DNA of 62,307 nt, filler included. It is 3 parts of 3 records of this genome, joined end to end, with 100 filler letters (N's around TTAATTAATTAA, not from the genome) between each part and the next. Parts side by side here need not be neighbours in the genome. Positions count along the whole stretch, not along the records: positions 22,878 to 49,355 come from SRR20825019_983; 2 more parts are not named here. One strand, written 5' to 3'. A model generated the notes under the pieces. It was not told where the DNA came from and searched no databases. It saw nothing but the letters and a program-made list of their open reading frames with translations. Both the position numbers and the translations under genes were made by a program. Shown in pieces: positions 34,230-47,100 of the stretch; the stretch's first letter is position 1; the number at the start of each line of letters is the position of its first letter.

Positions 34230-35110
34230 GCCGTTCCCGCCGAAGCGGTCACCATTCGCTGCGGGGGGCAGGCCGGGGGCGACGCCCACCGGGGCGAGTG
34301 CAGTGGGGGCAGTGCAACCGCTCCGGGACTCCGTCCTCCTGCGACCGCGGGCCTCTGACTATCGCACAGCGGACCGGCAGGAGCCTAGTTGTACAGAGAG
34401 ACTCGGACATGCCAGCCGGCTGTGGGGCGGGACTCACCGGCGGGCTGACCGGCCGCCGGCCACTCACTCTCCTCAGCAGCCAATGAATGGCATCGGCTGT
34501 CGTGGCCCTCAGCAGACTGTTACTCTCGATATTACGAATCATGTAATTATGTTCTATTATTTACCGTTCATCTTTCTGTTAGCTGTTATGTACAGTGCAA
34601 TTCACTCGGAACGCGGCAGTCGCCGGGCCGGCCGGACCGGCGGGCGGACCCACCCGGCTGCCGGCCCCGGCGTTCAGTGTTCGCCGCCCGGCCGCCGCGG
34701 CACGCCGCCAGCCCGGGGCCGGGCCGGGGCCGGGCCGGGGCCGGCAACCGCGGCGGAGCCGTGCCGGGAGTGGGCCGCGCCCGCCCGCCCGGCGGCTGCC
34801 GGGGGCGGTTAGGCACACCCGGTCCCGTGGCGCCGAGTCCCGGTGCGGGGACAACTCTAACGTCCCACCACCACCACTGTTAGCCCGCCAGGGCGTATTG
34901 GCGGAGGGCCCGACTGAGCGAGTGGTGACCCCACATCAACAGGCCATACGCGGGACCGCAACTTTCAGAACCACGACACCGGCTCGCACTACTGACTATG
35001 TACCGGCAGGGCCACACTGACACCGTGGCTGTCGTTCCTATAGTTAGACACCGCATACCACCATGCCGGTAGAATCACTGGCCGTCACTGGCCGTCCTGT
35101 GGCCGGAAAA
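34230..35110. promoter_or_regulatory. GC-rich island between divergent Rab and TPR genes
   Basis: 57 of 60 bases G/C at 34681-34740; CCGG-dense; lies between head-to-head start codons (34052 and 35266). Confidence 0.55.
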
Positions 35111-35265
35111 CAAAATCCAACATCGTGATGCCCGACATGCTGTCCTCTTCGTGACTGCCACCTTGAGGCGTTACTCGCATTCGTGGAGGCCCCATATTCC
35201 CCTTGTATTTAGTTGTGTGTTCATGAACATAGGTTAACAGGAGACACCTTTGCACGATATTCGCC

Positions 35266-38058
35266 ATGTCTCGGTACGTGTGCCCTGGGGTGTATGATTC
35301 TTGTCACTGACTCAATGCAGGGAAAGGGCAAAGCTTGAGTATTGGGACAGCGTTGACCAGGTTCTATTGGCGCCATTTTGCAATGTTTGCGGTCTAACTG
35401 GTCTGTGTTTTTAGTTTGCCATTGAGTTTAACTCTTCATCATCTGCCCTTGAGGAGTTACAACAGGCAGAGCAGCCTTATAATATTAATAATCCAGAGTT
35501 TAACGCTGCAGGGCTTTACTTGAAGTGAGTTTCTCTAAGTCAAGCTGGAAGGAGTTAACGCGTTGTGAATTAGGACATCGCGTTTGTTGATGAAGGAAGG
35601 GAACTGGTTCGTTGCAGAAGAAATCACAAAGCGAGCCATCACATTCTTTGAAAGGAAGAAGAACATTGACAACGTGTTTACTTGTCGACATCGCCTAGCA
35701 GTGATATACTTCGATGGGTGTGCATTCTTCTTGAACGAAATTTCACATAATCTGACACTCATTTAGTGGCAAGTCTTTATTGAACATCGAGAATGGAAAA
35801 AGCAGGGCGGAAAAGGCACTTAGGATCATGGCCAATGAGCCGGCCGCTGGGGGTCTGATTAGAGCTGCCATTGAGGTATTTCAGCATCGCTGTGCATTCT
35901 GAGAAGATTCTAATCTTCCCCAGGCCGATCTTGGTCTGATGTTGCTTCGAACCAAACGATACGTGGAGGCGTTGACGTGTTTCACGCGGGCCCTGGATTT
36001 ATGCGAGCTATCAGGAAATGAAGATGGCGATCTGGCAGCTAGAATACATTATAGAAAGGCCAGCTATCATCTTCGCTTCGACAATGCAGTCTCAACCGAC
36101 GCGCTTATCCACGCTAAAAAGGCGTTGAAATTTCGCGTGGATACCAAGCCCGAGTGGCATCCTGAGATTCTCATGTCGCAGCTTCAGGTTGTCCGCGTTC
36201 ACAAGGGTATGTAGATCACACCTTCTCTTCTAGCAATCCCCATACTCACATTCATGTTTCTTAAAAAAAGTGATGTCGCAGATCAGCAAAGCTGAAAGCA
36301 TGGGGATGGAGGGGAGCAAGACTTGGGAGCACATCAAGAACAAGGGAATTGCTGCACACAAGTCCGCCATGGTCCCACATGCGGGGTCTCTGATGGTTAC
36401 CATCGGAGAGTGCTACATGATTCTCAATGACCTATTGAAGGTATGGCCAACGTCGCGTCCTCTTAATTGGAATTGAATGGAGCTTTCTAATTCGCTTCAT
36501 TAGGCTGAGATTTGGCTGAGGAAAGGGCAGGAAATTTTCCAGCAAGACAGCAGGGATCATTTTGACCTCATTCTTATCTATGGCATGCTTGCACATATCT
36601 ACTACGAAACAGATCGTTATGAGACAGGCGACAGTATTCTGAAGCGCGCTCTAGCCGAGCTAGCAAAAGAGTCTCACGACCCATATGACCCTCGACTAGG
36701 CAATGTGATCACAGCCCTGGTCCGCATGAAGGCATGTCCGGGCTCTTTAGGTCCCTGTGATAACTGGCTGATTCTCCCACTATAGGGTCTAGCTGGCGAC
36801 CTTGATGAGGCTGAAGATCTCATCGATGATCATGTTAAATTGATGACCAAAGCTTATGGGGCTAGTCACCGCAACCTGATACAGCCCTTGAACAATTATG
36901 CCCTCTTCTATCTGTCTGTTGAAATGCCAATCGAAGGTAAGCGGGTTTGGACTTATGGTCACGTGGTTGTCTAATCCCCCACGTTTTTACAGCCCAGAAA
37001 TTGCTTTACAAGTCATTGTATATCGCGGAAAAAGAGCTGGGGCCAAGCCACCTGACCACTGCTATCATAAGGAAGAATCTTGGCCTTGCATCTGAGCAGT
37101 TGGAGAGGCCGTTTGACGCTCTCGCCTTTTATCGCCAAGCCCAGAACATCCTCCAAAGAATTATTACTGATCCCAAGGATTGTAAGTGGAGCGTTTGTCA
37201 TATCACGAAGTAGTCTCATTGGTTGTTATTCTGGGCAGCCCGACTCGTCGAGTTGCAGGAGGAGATTCAAGACCTCATGAACCATGGTAAGAAGAAGGAA
37301 AAAGAACAAGCGGATGCTTCTGTAGAAGAAGGCGAGGAGTTGAGTCAGGAGGAGGCTGCCAAGGTATGTCTTTCTGAGCGTCCTTAAGGGTTATATTCTC
37401 ACCTGCATCAGCTTTCTGCTCAGTTAGCGAATCAAGATGAAGACGATATGGCTCGGAAGGCAAGCCATAACATGGATTCTTACAACATCCAGAGCGTGCG
37501 GCGATCTAGTATTCGTGAATTCAGGGAAGGAAAGGCAGAGGATGCTAATCCCCTTGCAAAAGAAGGTGTGGTAATTTGATTGAAGGCTAGTACTGCTCTT
37601 ACGCCTTTTTTTAGAACCAGCTCCCAATCCCATGGAAAGGATGGATTCGGCGATGTCGGTCGATGACTTTGCTAGCATGGTGCGGAAGGGCTCTGAGAGA
37701 AGGATGTCCATGGCATCAAATTCAAATTCAGAAGTAAGTCTTTTCATGGTGTTGAGCCCAGGTTTCTAATTTATGATGTAGTTTGGGGAGACCGGGGCAC
37801 CAGATCTGCCGCAGCAAGATAGGGAGGCGCCTAAGCCATCCGTCATAGAAGAGAGAGAGGAGGAAGAGGTGGGGGGACACCTGTTCTCACTTAATCATCA
37901 CTAATCACCTCCCACAGCCTGTGGTGATCACCTCCGAGCAGATCGAGGCGGACAATACCCAGATCGTTGATGATACACCGACACAACAGAGTGATGGCTC
38001 GGGACTGACGCCTTACGAGACTGAAGGAGGCATGCAGGTTTACGAGAATGGAGGATGA
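35266..38058 (+). CDS. Multi-exon TPR protein (kinesin-light-chain/nephrocystin-3-like repeats)
   Basis: DLGLMLLRTKRYVEALTCFTRALDL, AYGASHRNLIQPLNNYA, AEKELGPSHLTTAIIRKNLG...ALAFYRQA; acidic tail ending ...VYENGG*. Confidence 0.75.
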
Positions 38059-38217
38059 GGCAGAAAATAGCTTTATGGTGGGACCTGATGCTCTTTTGCA
38101 CAAAATAACTCAAGCGGTGAAACCAACCGCATTGCCGGACACCCAGTTGATTTTCCCTGATGCCATCCCGCGATGTGCGTTTTTGTATATGATATCTACG
38201 GCACTAGCAGTCTCCAT

Positions 38218-39783
38218 TCAACACCCACTGGGGCGAGAGTAGGTCGGTGGCACACCGGGGCATAATGTATTCATATTCTCATACGGAGGAACACTGTTAT
38301 ATCCGCTCAAAACTATCGAGACTGAAGCGTGCAATTAGAATATAAACGCAGTACCAACGCACAAGTTAAACTCACATTTCCCTCCTAACTGGCAGTAAGC
38401 AAAGTTATCCAATAGGCAACCCTCCGGTCTGTGCCACTTGTGCTGGAAAATACCAAGTTGATAAACATCTCGGGGGGTGAACTCGGAAGCCTGGAACTTA
38501 TCAGCCAAAGAGCCAAAAATCTTCCCGGCCTTCCAGATCTCCACAACTAAGCTTGCATCGTGCAAGCTTCTGTGGGGGTAGTCAGAGCGATCCAGTTTGT
38601 GCTTTTCCTTTTGCATTGCTGCTTTCCACGACTCGTGATCCACGGCATCATCCGCAATGTCCACAGGAGGAATCCCAGTCGTGTACTGATAGCTGTCTAG
38701 CTCAGGAAGAGTCGCCACCTAAAATATAAACCTTAAACCATGATCAAGAGACTACGCGTTCGGGCGGCATACCTGAGCAAGCGAGTATCCCTTTGCCGCA
38801 GCGGCAGTAACTATTCCCTCAAAATTGGTGTCTTTGGGCACCCCAAGGCGGTTGACCATGCCTTGCATGAACACATCCTTGGCTATTTCCGGATATGCAT
38901 CGAACAGGGCCTGGGCCCCTGTCGTCATTGCCGGGGCACTGAGAGGGGGGCCATAGTTACTCCGCAGGGTATCAAGCCAGGCAAAAGCCATCGATTGATA
39001 GCCGAAAGGGAGCCCTTCCACAGACTCAAAATACTTGTTTGCGGCCTTGTTGTCCCAAATTTCCCTCAGTTCGTGTGCCATAGGCAGCCACACTAATCCC
39101 GCCAGCTCCTCCGTGTCTATGTGTTTCAGCCACTCGTTGTATTCAGTTCTCATGATTGCCGGGCTCTTGGGGTTCAGAGTTCCTTGCGCGAACTTCCTTA
39201 TTGACCCACGAGCTTCTACAACGTAAAGCGTGCCATTCTCAGCTCTCAAAGCCATCGCCACACGGGATAAGCGAGAACCAGTTGCGTACATATAAATTGG
39301 GTCGCAGTCGCCTAGGTCCAAAATACCCAGTACGTCTCCAGAGTGAATATGCTTGGGATGCACGTTGGCGTACCCACGCCTCCCAGTTTCACCTCTTCCT
39401 CTCGACTTCAACTGAAATCCCATCTTATCCTCAATGATTCTCCGTGAAGCTCGCGACCGAACACGAGCACCTCCTGCAGGGCCCTTGACCAGTACGGTGA
39501 TGTTGTAGATGTCCGCCGCGACAGGGCTCTTGGAAGTATCCAGTGTAATCACATCGACGTCTGTCTTTTCTGTGCCAAGTGTTGTGCCCTCTGTAACAGT
39601 CGCTTCTTCACTCAAGAGAGCAGTATACCTCTCCCTACACAATACATGAGAGTTGTCCACTATCGTCCACAACCATACCCACCTTCTTAGAGACTTTGAA
39701 CTTTCAACGCCACTTACGGACAAGATCAACGCAAAAGTCAAGCACAGCGTAACTATGACGGAATGACTGCCTGCAGCCATCAC
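38218..39783 (-). CDS. Secreted protein of a conserved plant/protist permuted-papain-like family, 4 exons
   Basis: Signal peptide; IHSGD, GLPFGY, WLDTLRSNYGPPL, SEFTPRDVY, YCQLGGK|FSIVLSGYN...CPGVPPTYSRPSGC* after splicing. Confidence 0.7.
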
Positions 39784-41122
39784 TCAATGTGGCACTACGC
39801 TCCTCTGATTTTGCAACAATATTTCACCATAGGGAGCTCGTACAAGTATTTATCAAGAGTTAGCCTGCTGAAGTGCGCCCATGAAGAGTCCGACCGTGCA
39901 CCACTCCCCTGGCTGCCGTCAGGAAGAGACCCAGGCTGCCGGGCCGCCGGAAGCCGCGTGTGCCGCCGCGCGGCTGAAATGCGGTGTCCGGTCCGGGGCG
40001 GCGCGGTGGCCGGTGCCGCGCGGCCCCCCCCCCGGGTAGCGGCGGGCGGGTGACTCACTCCCAAAAGCCGGCCGTCCGGCCAACTCAGTTACAACCAGCC
40101 TCTGATTGTAACTGAGTTTGATCCAAGGTGAAAGCACAATACTCCTCATTAAATTAAGATAATGCGTTATACAAGAATAAATTGACAGGAGTCAACGAAG
40201 TGACCGTAGCGATATCATCGATCGTCCCAGCCTCACTCCGCACACTGCCGCCAGCGACCGCACTCCGGGCTGCGGCGCCTGCCACGACCCAGCCCCAACC
40301 AGGTCCTATCCTTTGTTGCGCCATCCCTTCTAGCAGCGTGGCACTAGCTTTGCGCTCCCGTCCTTTGTTGAAAGGGTACAGCATGAAATAGATGCACAGA
40401 CTCGCAATGTGTAAGGTACAAAGTTTTGGTATTGTAATGCCTTTACTGTCGTAGTCTGCGCTGGTTGCACCAGGTCAGTAGTACTCCCAACTTACCAGTT
40501 GTGGCCTTTGATGGAAGCAAATGAAGATATCACACCCGAACCCATAAAGCTGGATAGAATTCCTGCGTGATGGAGTTCAACATATGATAGGAAGAGTCCG
40601 ATGCTTCACCTTTGGCCACGACAAGTGTTCAGTTTTGATGCATCCATGCTGAAGTTTCGTGTTTCTTCGTCACAGATTTCCCAAATGAGAGTGAAAGTAT
40701 CTTCCATGTGGTACGTATTGCTGTTTTGTGAATATATTTTTTATTTTCTGCGCGGGAATTGGTTGAAAATGATGATTAACGTTACATTTCTGACACCTCT
40801 TGTTTGAATCCTTCGGGATAGTGAACGGAGTATGCGTTGTATCTGAAACTATGTTCTCTTCTATATGATGTGTTCTGTTTACTTTTTGATATGGAAATGA
40901 TTTTGACTATGTTCCTGTGTACAGACGGATCAAACTGCGCTTGACTTCTGTTGTGAATCGCCGTCGCCATCTGTGTGTTTTCTGTGAATACACAAGAATC
41001 TCCTACGATATCGTGTTGCCTTGATTGTTTGCCTTTGGGCACAGTCAAATTCTATGCGTCAAACTTGGCTGCTGGATTGTCGGGAACTGCTGTGTCTTTA
41101 CTAGCATCCAACCTAGCAAGCA

Positions 41123-44100
41123 TCACCGCCTCCGTTGGCCACGCGCTCTGCGCTCTGCTTGGCTACTCTGTGACGAATGAGTGGAACTGGAGTTATCTGA
41201 GCCACTTGACGTGGCCCAGTCATCTCTGCTGTCAGAGCTTGTCTCATACGTAGCAACGCCTTTGTTGGAAACCCTCCTCTTGCCCCTAGAATAGAATCTA
41301 CCCTCCTTGGGGCCCGTCCCTTCATCAGTAGAGTACTCTGTTGTCGGTCGTTTCCCTCCTTTTTTGGATATGCGTGGAGGGTTATCAACTAGAGTCCGCT
41401 CCTCCCGCTCTGGTCTGCCCAACCCTCTCGAGGAACTTCTCTTTTCGGGGCTCGCTTTTCTGCTCACACCAGCCGTTCCACGCTGCTTAGGGCTCCCCTT
41501 CTCAGCTTCAGGCTCCACGGGCGAGGCATCTGACCTCTGGACAGAGCTATCCTCGCACATGTCATTGACGTCTTCCTCCTTCGGATCATTCGTGGTCCGG
41601 GCTGCAACCATGTTCGGCGGTAGGGCCGGCGGAGGATCAGCCTTACTGGCCTTGGCCTTGGACTTGTTTCCCTTCATCTCATTCTTATGGTGACCCTTGG
41701 CCTGCTTCTTATCGGAGGGCTTGCTGTTCGCATGTTGGGACTTGGAGGGACCTTTCTTTGAAGCCTCAGCCAGCGTCTTTGTGATTGCATCGTCAACGAT
41801 GTTCCCCGATAACTTAGAAAACATGCCATTCGCACTCTCATCCAAAGCCATTCCCAGCACCTAAACCAGAATCAGCTACACCGCCGATATGACTTTCACA
41901 TCAATCCTACCTTCGCGGCCTTCTTGTCACCAACAGAGAGAAGGGTGTTGTAATCCGACTCGGAGAACCACTCCCATCTGTGAATTGTTGAAGGGCCCTT
42001 GTCCTTGGACTCTTCTGTGAAGAAAGATTTCTTTGGTAGTGTAGGAATCTTGATGCCAAAGAAGTAGAGATTATACTGAGACATCAGGCCTGGGTATGAC
42101 GGCGACAGGTTGGACTCCACCTTGATCTCCTGTGAACCTGGCACAAAAAGGATTTCTGAACAGCACTCAGGGATAGTGCACAAATCAACCCAATGTGGAG
42201 TACTTACCATGGTCACTATCCACAAATCCGGGAAATTCCTCACGGCATCCCCTTTCGCAGCCCTCCCAAGGATCTTCGGTCCCGAGAATCTTCTCAGAAG
42301 GCGCCGTGTATCGGCGTATGTACCTTCCCGACGCTGTTCTATCCTGGTGGGTTTCGATAAGTAACATCTTGTTTCCCATTTCCTGTATCATTTGATTTCA
42401 GCCCGGACGTCCAGCAATACCTCCTCAGCATACTCACATCGTGCATCTGGACCATCATCTTCGCTACTTGAGTGACCCTGACAATGTCGTGCTTGCACTG
42501 ATGATTCTCATGTTCCTTCTTGCCGCATATGCGTATAATGGTCTCGCCATTCTCAATCTCACTATAGAGCTTCTCCACAGTCTTGCTTTTCGGACCATCC
42601 CCCCATATCGATTCCTCCTTGCCATTATCGTATGCAAGCGTTAAAGGCATCACCGTATGTTCTTTACCATTGAACACCTGTTGATTCACACGCTTCGAGA
42701 ACCCTTGGCAACTGCTAATCAGGTTGAATAGATGTTCCATATTTTCTACCTGGACCTCCAGATAGTGGCACGACTCCGAATCTTTCAGTTCGTTGTGCTC
42801 GGCCTTGGAAGCCGCTTCGTGCGTCTTCTCAAGGCGATTCAGCACATCTCGGAACCACGCAGAATCCGAGTCAAGATCCACGCGATTGACAGTGCGACTA
42901 TTGTCTTCCCCACCGGCACCGCCTGATTTGGAGTCTGCTTGCAGTGCAGGAATTATGTCATCCTTTAGCATCTTCAGGACAGCATCAGGATTGTGTGGCG
43001 ACAAGCATCGCAGGAGGCTAGTCAATATGGGTCCGGCAACACTCAAGTCAGCTGCTTGCATTACCTCCTCCATCAGCAACCCAGGAGTCTTGGATACACC
43101 CTTATGTCCACCATCGCCCAACGCATTATTGGCTCTTGCCAATTCTTTCTTATTATTAGCCAAGTCAAGTGGCTTTTCTCTTGACAAAATTGTCATTTTT
43201 TCACCGAGCACGTTGCTCTCGCCCTTTCCATCGTCCATCCCAACATTCTCCATCCATTCCTCAAGGGTTTTCTTCGCTGCATCTGCATCCTCTTTCATGG
43301 CGAACAACATTTCGTAACGAGCTCGGGCATAGAGGGCACCATCCCAAGTGTCGACTGTGCCGGCTTCAAGATGAGAGGGTGGATTCTTAAAGTGGCGAAC
43401 CTCTTGAACACATCTCAGAAGCGTCGACGAATAGCGCTCTTTCATCCGCTTCATCATGCTTGGAGTTTCTTTTTGGGCGCCAACACCATTTCTGGACCCG
43501 TTGGACTCATCTTCGAATTTCCCATTGTGTTTCTCCTGCGACTTCGCTTTCGCATCTGGCATGGGCGGAGTGGGATTTGAGGACGATAGTCTCCTCATGA
43601 GAGGAATCGGGGCATCGAATATGGATCTTGAGGAATCCTTAGAAACAAGCATGCGGTGTTTTGAATCCTTGAAACTTTGAATTCGTGTAGTATCGCTTGA
43701 TGAAGTTGTGCCCCCGGCTGAAACAGTGCCTTTGTCATGGACCTTGGACGACGACCTGCCATTTTTACAGCACAAAGCTGCCTTAATTCTGGACCAAAAA
43801 TCTTCGGACAGCTTGGTCAAGCGCGAATCCATCATGTCGTAAAGCATCATAGTGTTGATAGTGGTTTCCCATTTAGCATCAATGGATTCCCAACTAGCCA
43901 CATACACTTCTGAGAGGACACCAATCAACAAGTTCAACAAAAGCAGATTACCAAACATGGTCACCGATACCCTGGAAAAGGTTTTAGAAGCAAGAAGCAC
44001 ACGATGTGAGCCACACTCACCATAGCAACGTGCCAAATACGGGAGCTGCGCCCTCTACCTCATCAGCATCAAAATCTCCAATCAGCATGCGAAGTATCGA

Positions 44101-47100
44101 GAGCATGGTTTGTGGATAGTTTCTGTAGCCCGATAGGTCAGGGGCCAGCCCAAAATGGGCTCCCATGGCGAAACAGAACCAGCACAAGCACAAGAGCGCC
44201 AAGAAAACAAGTGTCTTGGAATCAGTAACGGTCGCGCGAACAGCTTCGATGACAGGGCCAATGCGCGGGACCGTCACAAGGTACTTGACCAAGCGAAGCC
44301 AGCAGAGGATAAGAACAGTGGCACTAATCGTGCGAGACCAAAAGTGAAGGTAAGACAAAGTCCTCAAATCGTAGTATGTGCTTTGGGATCTGCTGATATC
44401 CACTGGAGCCATCCCGCGTCAGGCAACAATTATGCATTCACCGTATTATAACACGTACCGTCCAACTCAAACCATTCAATCATGAGAGTGAACTGGAAGA
44501 TCCACTTTGCAATCATCAACAAGAATACCTGCAAAAAAATTAATATGGCGAAAATGACAAACTCTTTAGAAAGGCAGAAGTCTTACAAGCAAGTCCCAGT
44601 AATTCCACATTGAGCGGAAATATGATGTTACATCCTGGATGAGCTCGATGACTTCGAAAATGAAATAAGAAACGACGCAGAAGAAGACGAGTATCTCGAC
44701 ACAAACAGTCAATATAGTTTCCAACGATCTTGACAAGATAGGCCGAAAAGACACCACTTGATAGGACGGAATTACTCCTCCCGTCGCAGGCATTTCCATT
44801 CTAAGTTCAATGGCTTGGATGAAGTCAGTCGCTTCATTGTAATACGCCATTTCGATAAACAAGGCGCGTGTTGCCGTGGCACTAATCCACTTTTCATTGA
44901 TAAGGGTGGTAATCACGGCCCGCGCAGCGGTAGAATCACCCGGGGTTATATCAATAACGTATCCATTATCTGGATATGATGTCCATTTCACTCCTGTGGA
45001 CGACCATCCGGAATTCTCGCTCCACGTGTATTTACCATCCGTTCCAAAGCTGCTCTTATCCTCTGTATTAAGGTAGAACTCGGGATAGCACGTGTAGTCT
45101 GAAGGTTCTAACTCTGGGGATTGACCCCAGCAAGTATCGCCCTTAACACGAACCTGTCGTAAACGGACAACACCTAATATTCTGTTCTTACTGTAAGCGT
45201 ACAGTTGCTCTGTTCCTGCAGTAGTTGCATCCCCATAGGCATCTTCAGTAGGAAAGGCGAATTCTGCCAGTGGACTCGATAACCACTTATGTACATCATC
45301 CAAGTTATTCAGATCCTGCACACTAATAAGACCGCGGGCTCTACGCGAAGGCAGATCTCTTACCATGAAAGTGGTTGGCCACTCGTCGCCTGTCGCATAC
45401 GCAATCTCTTCTTCAATGAGGCCGGCTACTGTTTTTTGGTTCAGATAGTACGTGTTCTCCGGGACCCAACCAACTCCAACAGATGTCGGGACGCTGATGG
45501 TAAGAAGAAAGAGAAACAGAATGTATGGCAAGAAAGACTTTGCGAATCTCTCCAGCAAAAATCTATCCCGCTTAGATTTCACTCGGCCTGATAAAGAGTC
45601 AGGCATATATGGAATAACAAGCGATGCGTACCAACCTATCTTGTTCAATATACTCAGCTGTTCACACGATTTCTCTACAGTATCTTTCACCCAAAGGGGC
45701 TGATCATCGTCTCCACCTTCCCTCTGCAATATCTTCTCGAGGCGAATGAATGTGCTTGACATTACCACCGCGGTATTGTACGCAGTATCTTCCGAACCCA
45801 CAGGGTCCAATGGACTAGTACTGGTGGATTCGCACAAGACTTTCACAATCTCAGGGCAAACATTCAATACGGCATAATGCATTGCGGTTTTTTCATATAT
45901 GTCGAAGAGGCCTACATCGGAAGCATCTTCATAAGATTTAAGCTTCTTTGCCTCCGATTTCGATAATCTTGAATTCAGCCATTTGTCAACGAAGGATTCA
46001 CCGCCACGGACCTCACTTGTGAGCCCAGCAAGTATATTGGATTGTGAGACGCTCGTCTCGGGGACACTAGAAACAAAACCTTTCTTCATGTCTCTCAGCC
46101 CCTTCCATTGGTTTGTGGGCATATTCGCTTTCGCTTTGCTAGATTTTTGGATTTGCAATTCGTCTCGGAGTTGAATATTCTTCGATTTTTCAAGAAGAAA
46201 TTCCACCTAAAACACGTCAGTCATTTGCGAAAATATAGTGTTCACACTCACAACTTCTCCATGTCCGCCTATCGCGGCGAAATGAAAAGGTGTTCTCCAC
46301 TCCCTTCTATCCTGTAGAAACAAGTGATTCTCCAAAGTGTTGGGATCTACCATCGCCTTGGTTTGCTCCAACGACCCCTTCATCGTAGCGTAATGGAGAT
46401 ACATCCACTTTTCTGCGAGCACATGAATCTCAGATGAACTCGATTGAGTTGGTTCCGTTCTCAATGACATCCTTTCTAGAAGCACAGTCCAGGCATCCCA
46501 GCGGTACTCCCCCTCGTTGTACTGTTCGTCCTCTTCCGTATCGAGAACTTGCTGCTCCAGAGAAACATTGTTCGGGTCATGGAATAAGGCATGGGACTGC
46601 GACTCTTGCAAAAAGGCATTCAGCATATTCCAGACATCCGGCCCGGTGACCATTCCTAACGAGTGCCTGCCTGCGGGAGTCTGGTAATAAAGGTAAGCAC
46701 TAGTAGTATGCGGCGGCTATATGTCACCTACGTTCAGCTTAGCAAGAAGTGAATATTCCTCGGCGCACGTTTTACAATCCCGAAAGAGCTTCTGGGGATC
46801 AGGCCCGAACTCCTCTCTCCATTGAACGCTTGAATTCATCAAATCCGAACCCTGCAGCAAGAGGTTAGAATTGTGATAATGCGCACTCTTGTTCACATTT
46901 ACATGGTGACGCAGATATCTCCAACGGTACATTTCGCAGGGCAGATATCCATGTTTGTCCATCACATCGATGTTGGCGCCCTTTCGGCACTTGATCAGCT
47001 TACGGATGACCCTAGATCGACCATACATGCAGGCAATGTGAAGTGGTGTGCGCATATCAATGTCAAGAGCATTCACGAGAGCATCCATCTTCAGAAGCTG

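Noticed and set aside
34076-35020. Overlapping Arg/Pro/Gly/Ala-rich ORFs
   Set aside because: By-product of extreme GC content in an intergenic island; the same applies at 23037-23713, 30297-30874 and 39763-40391
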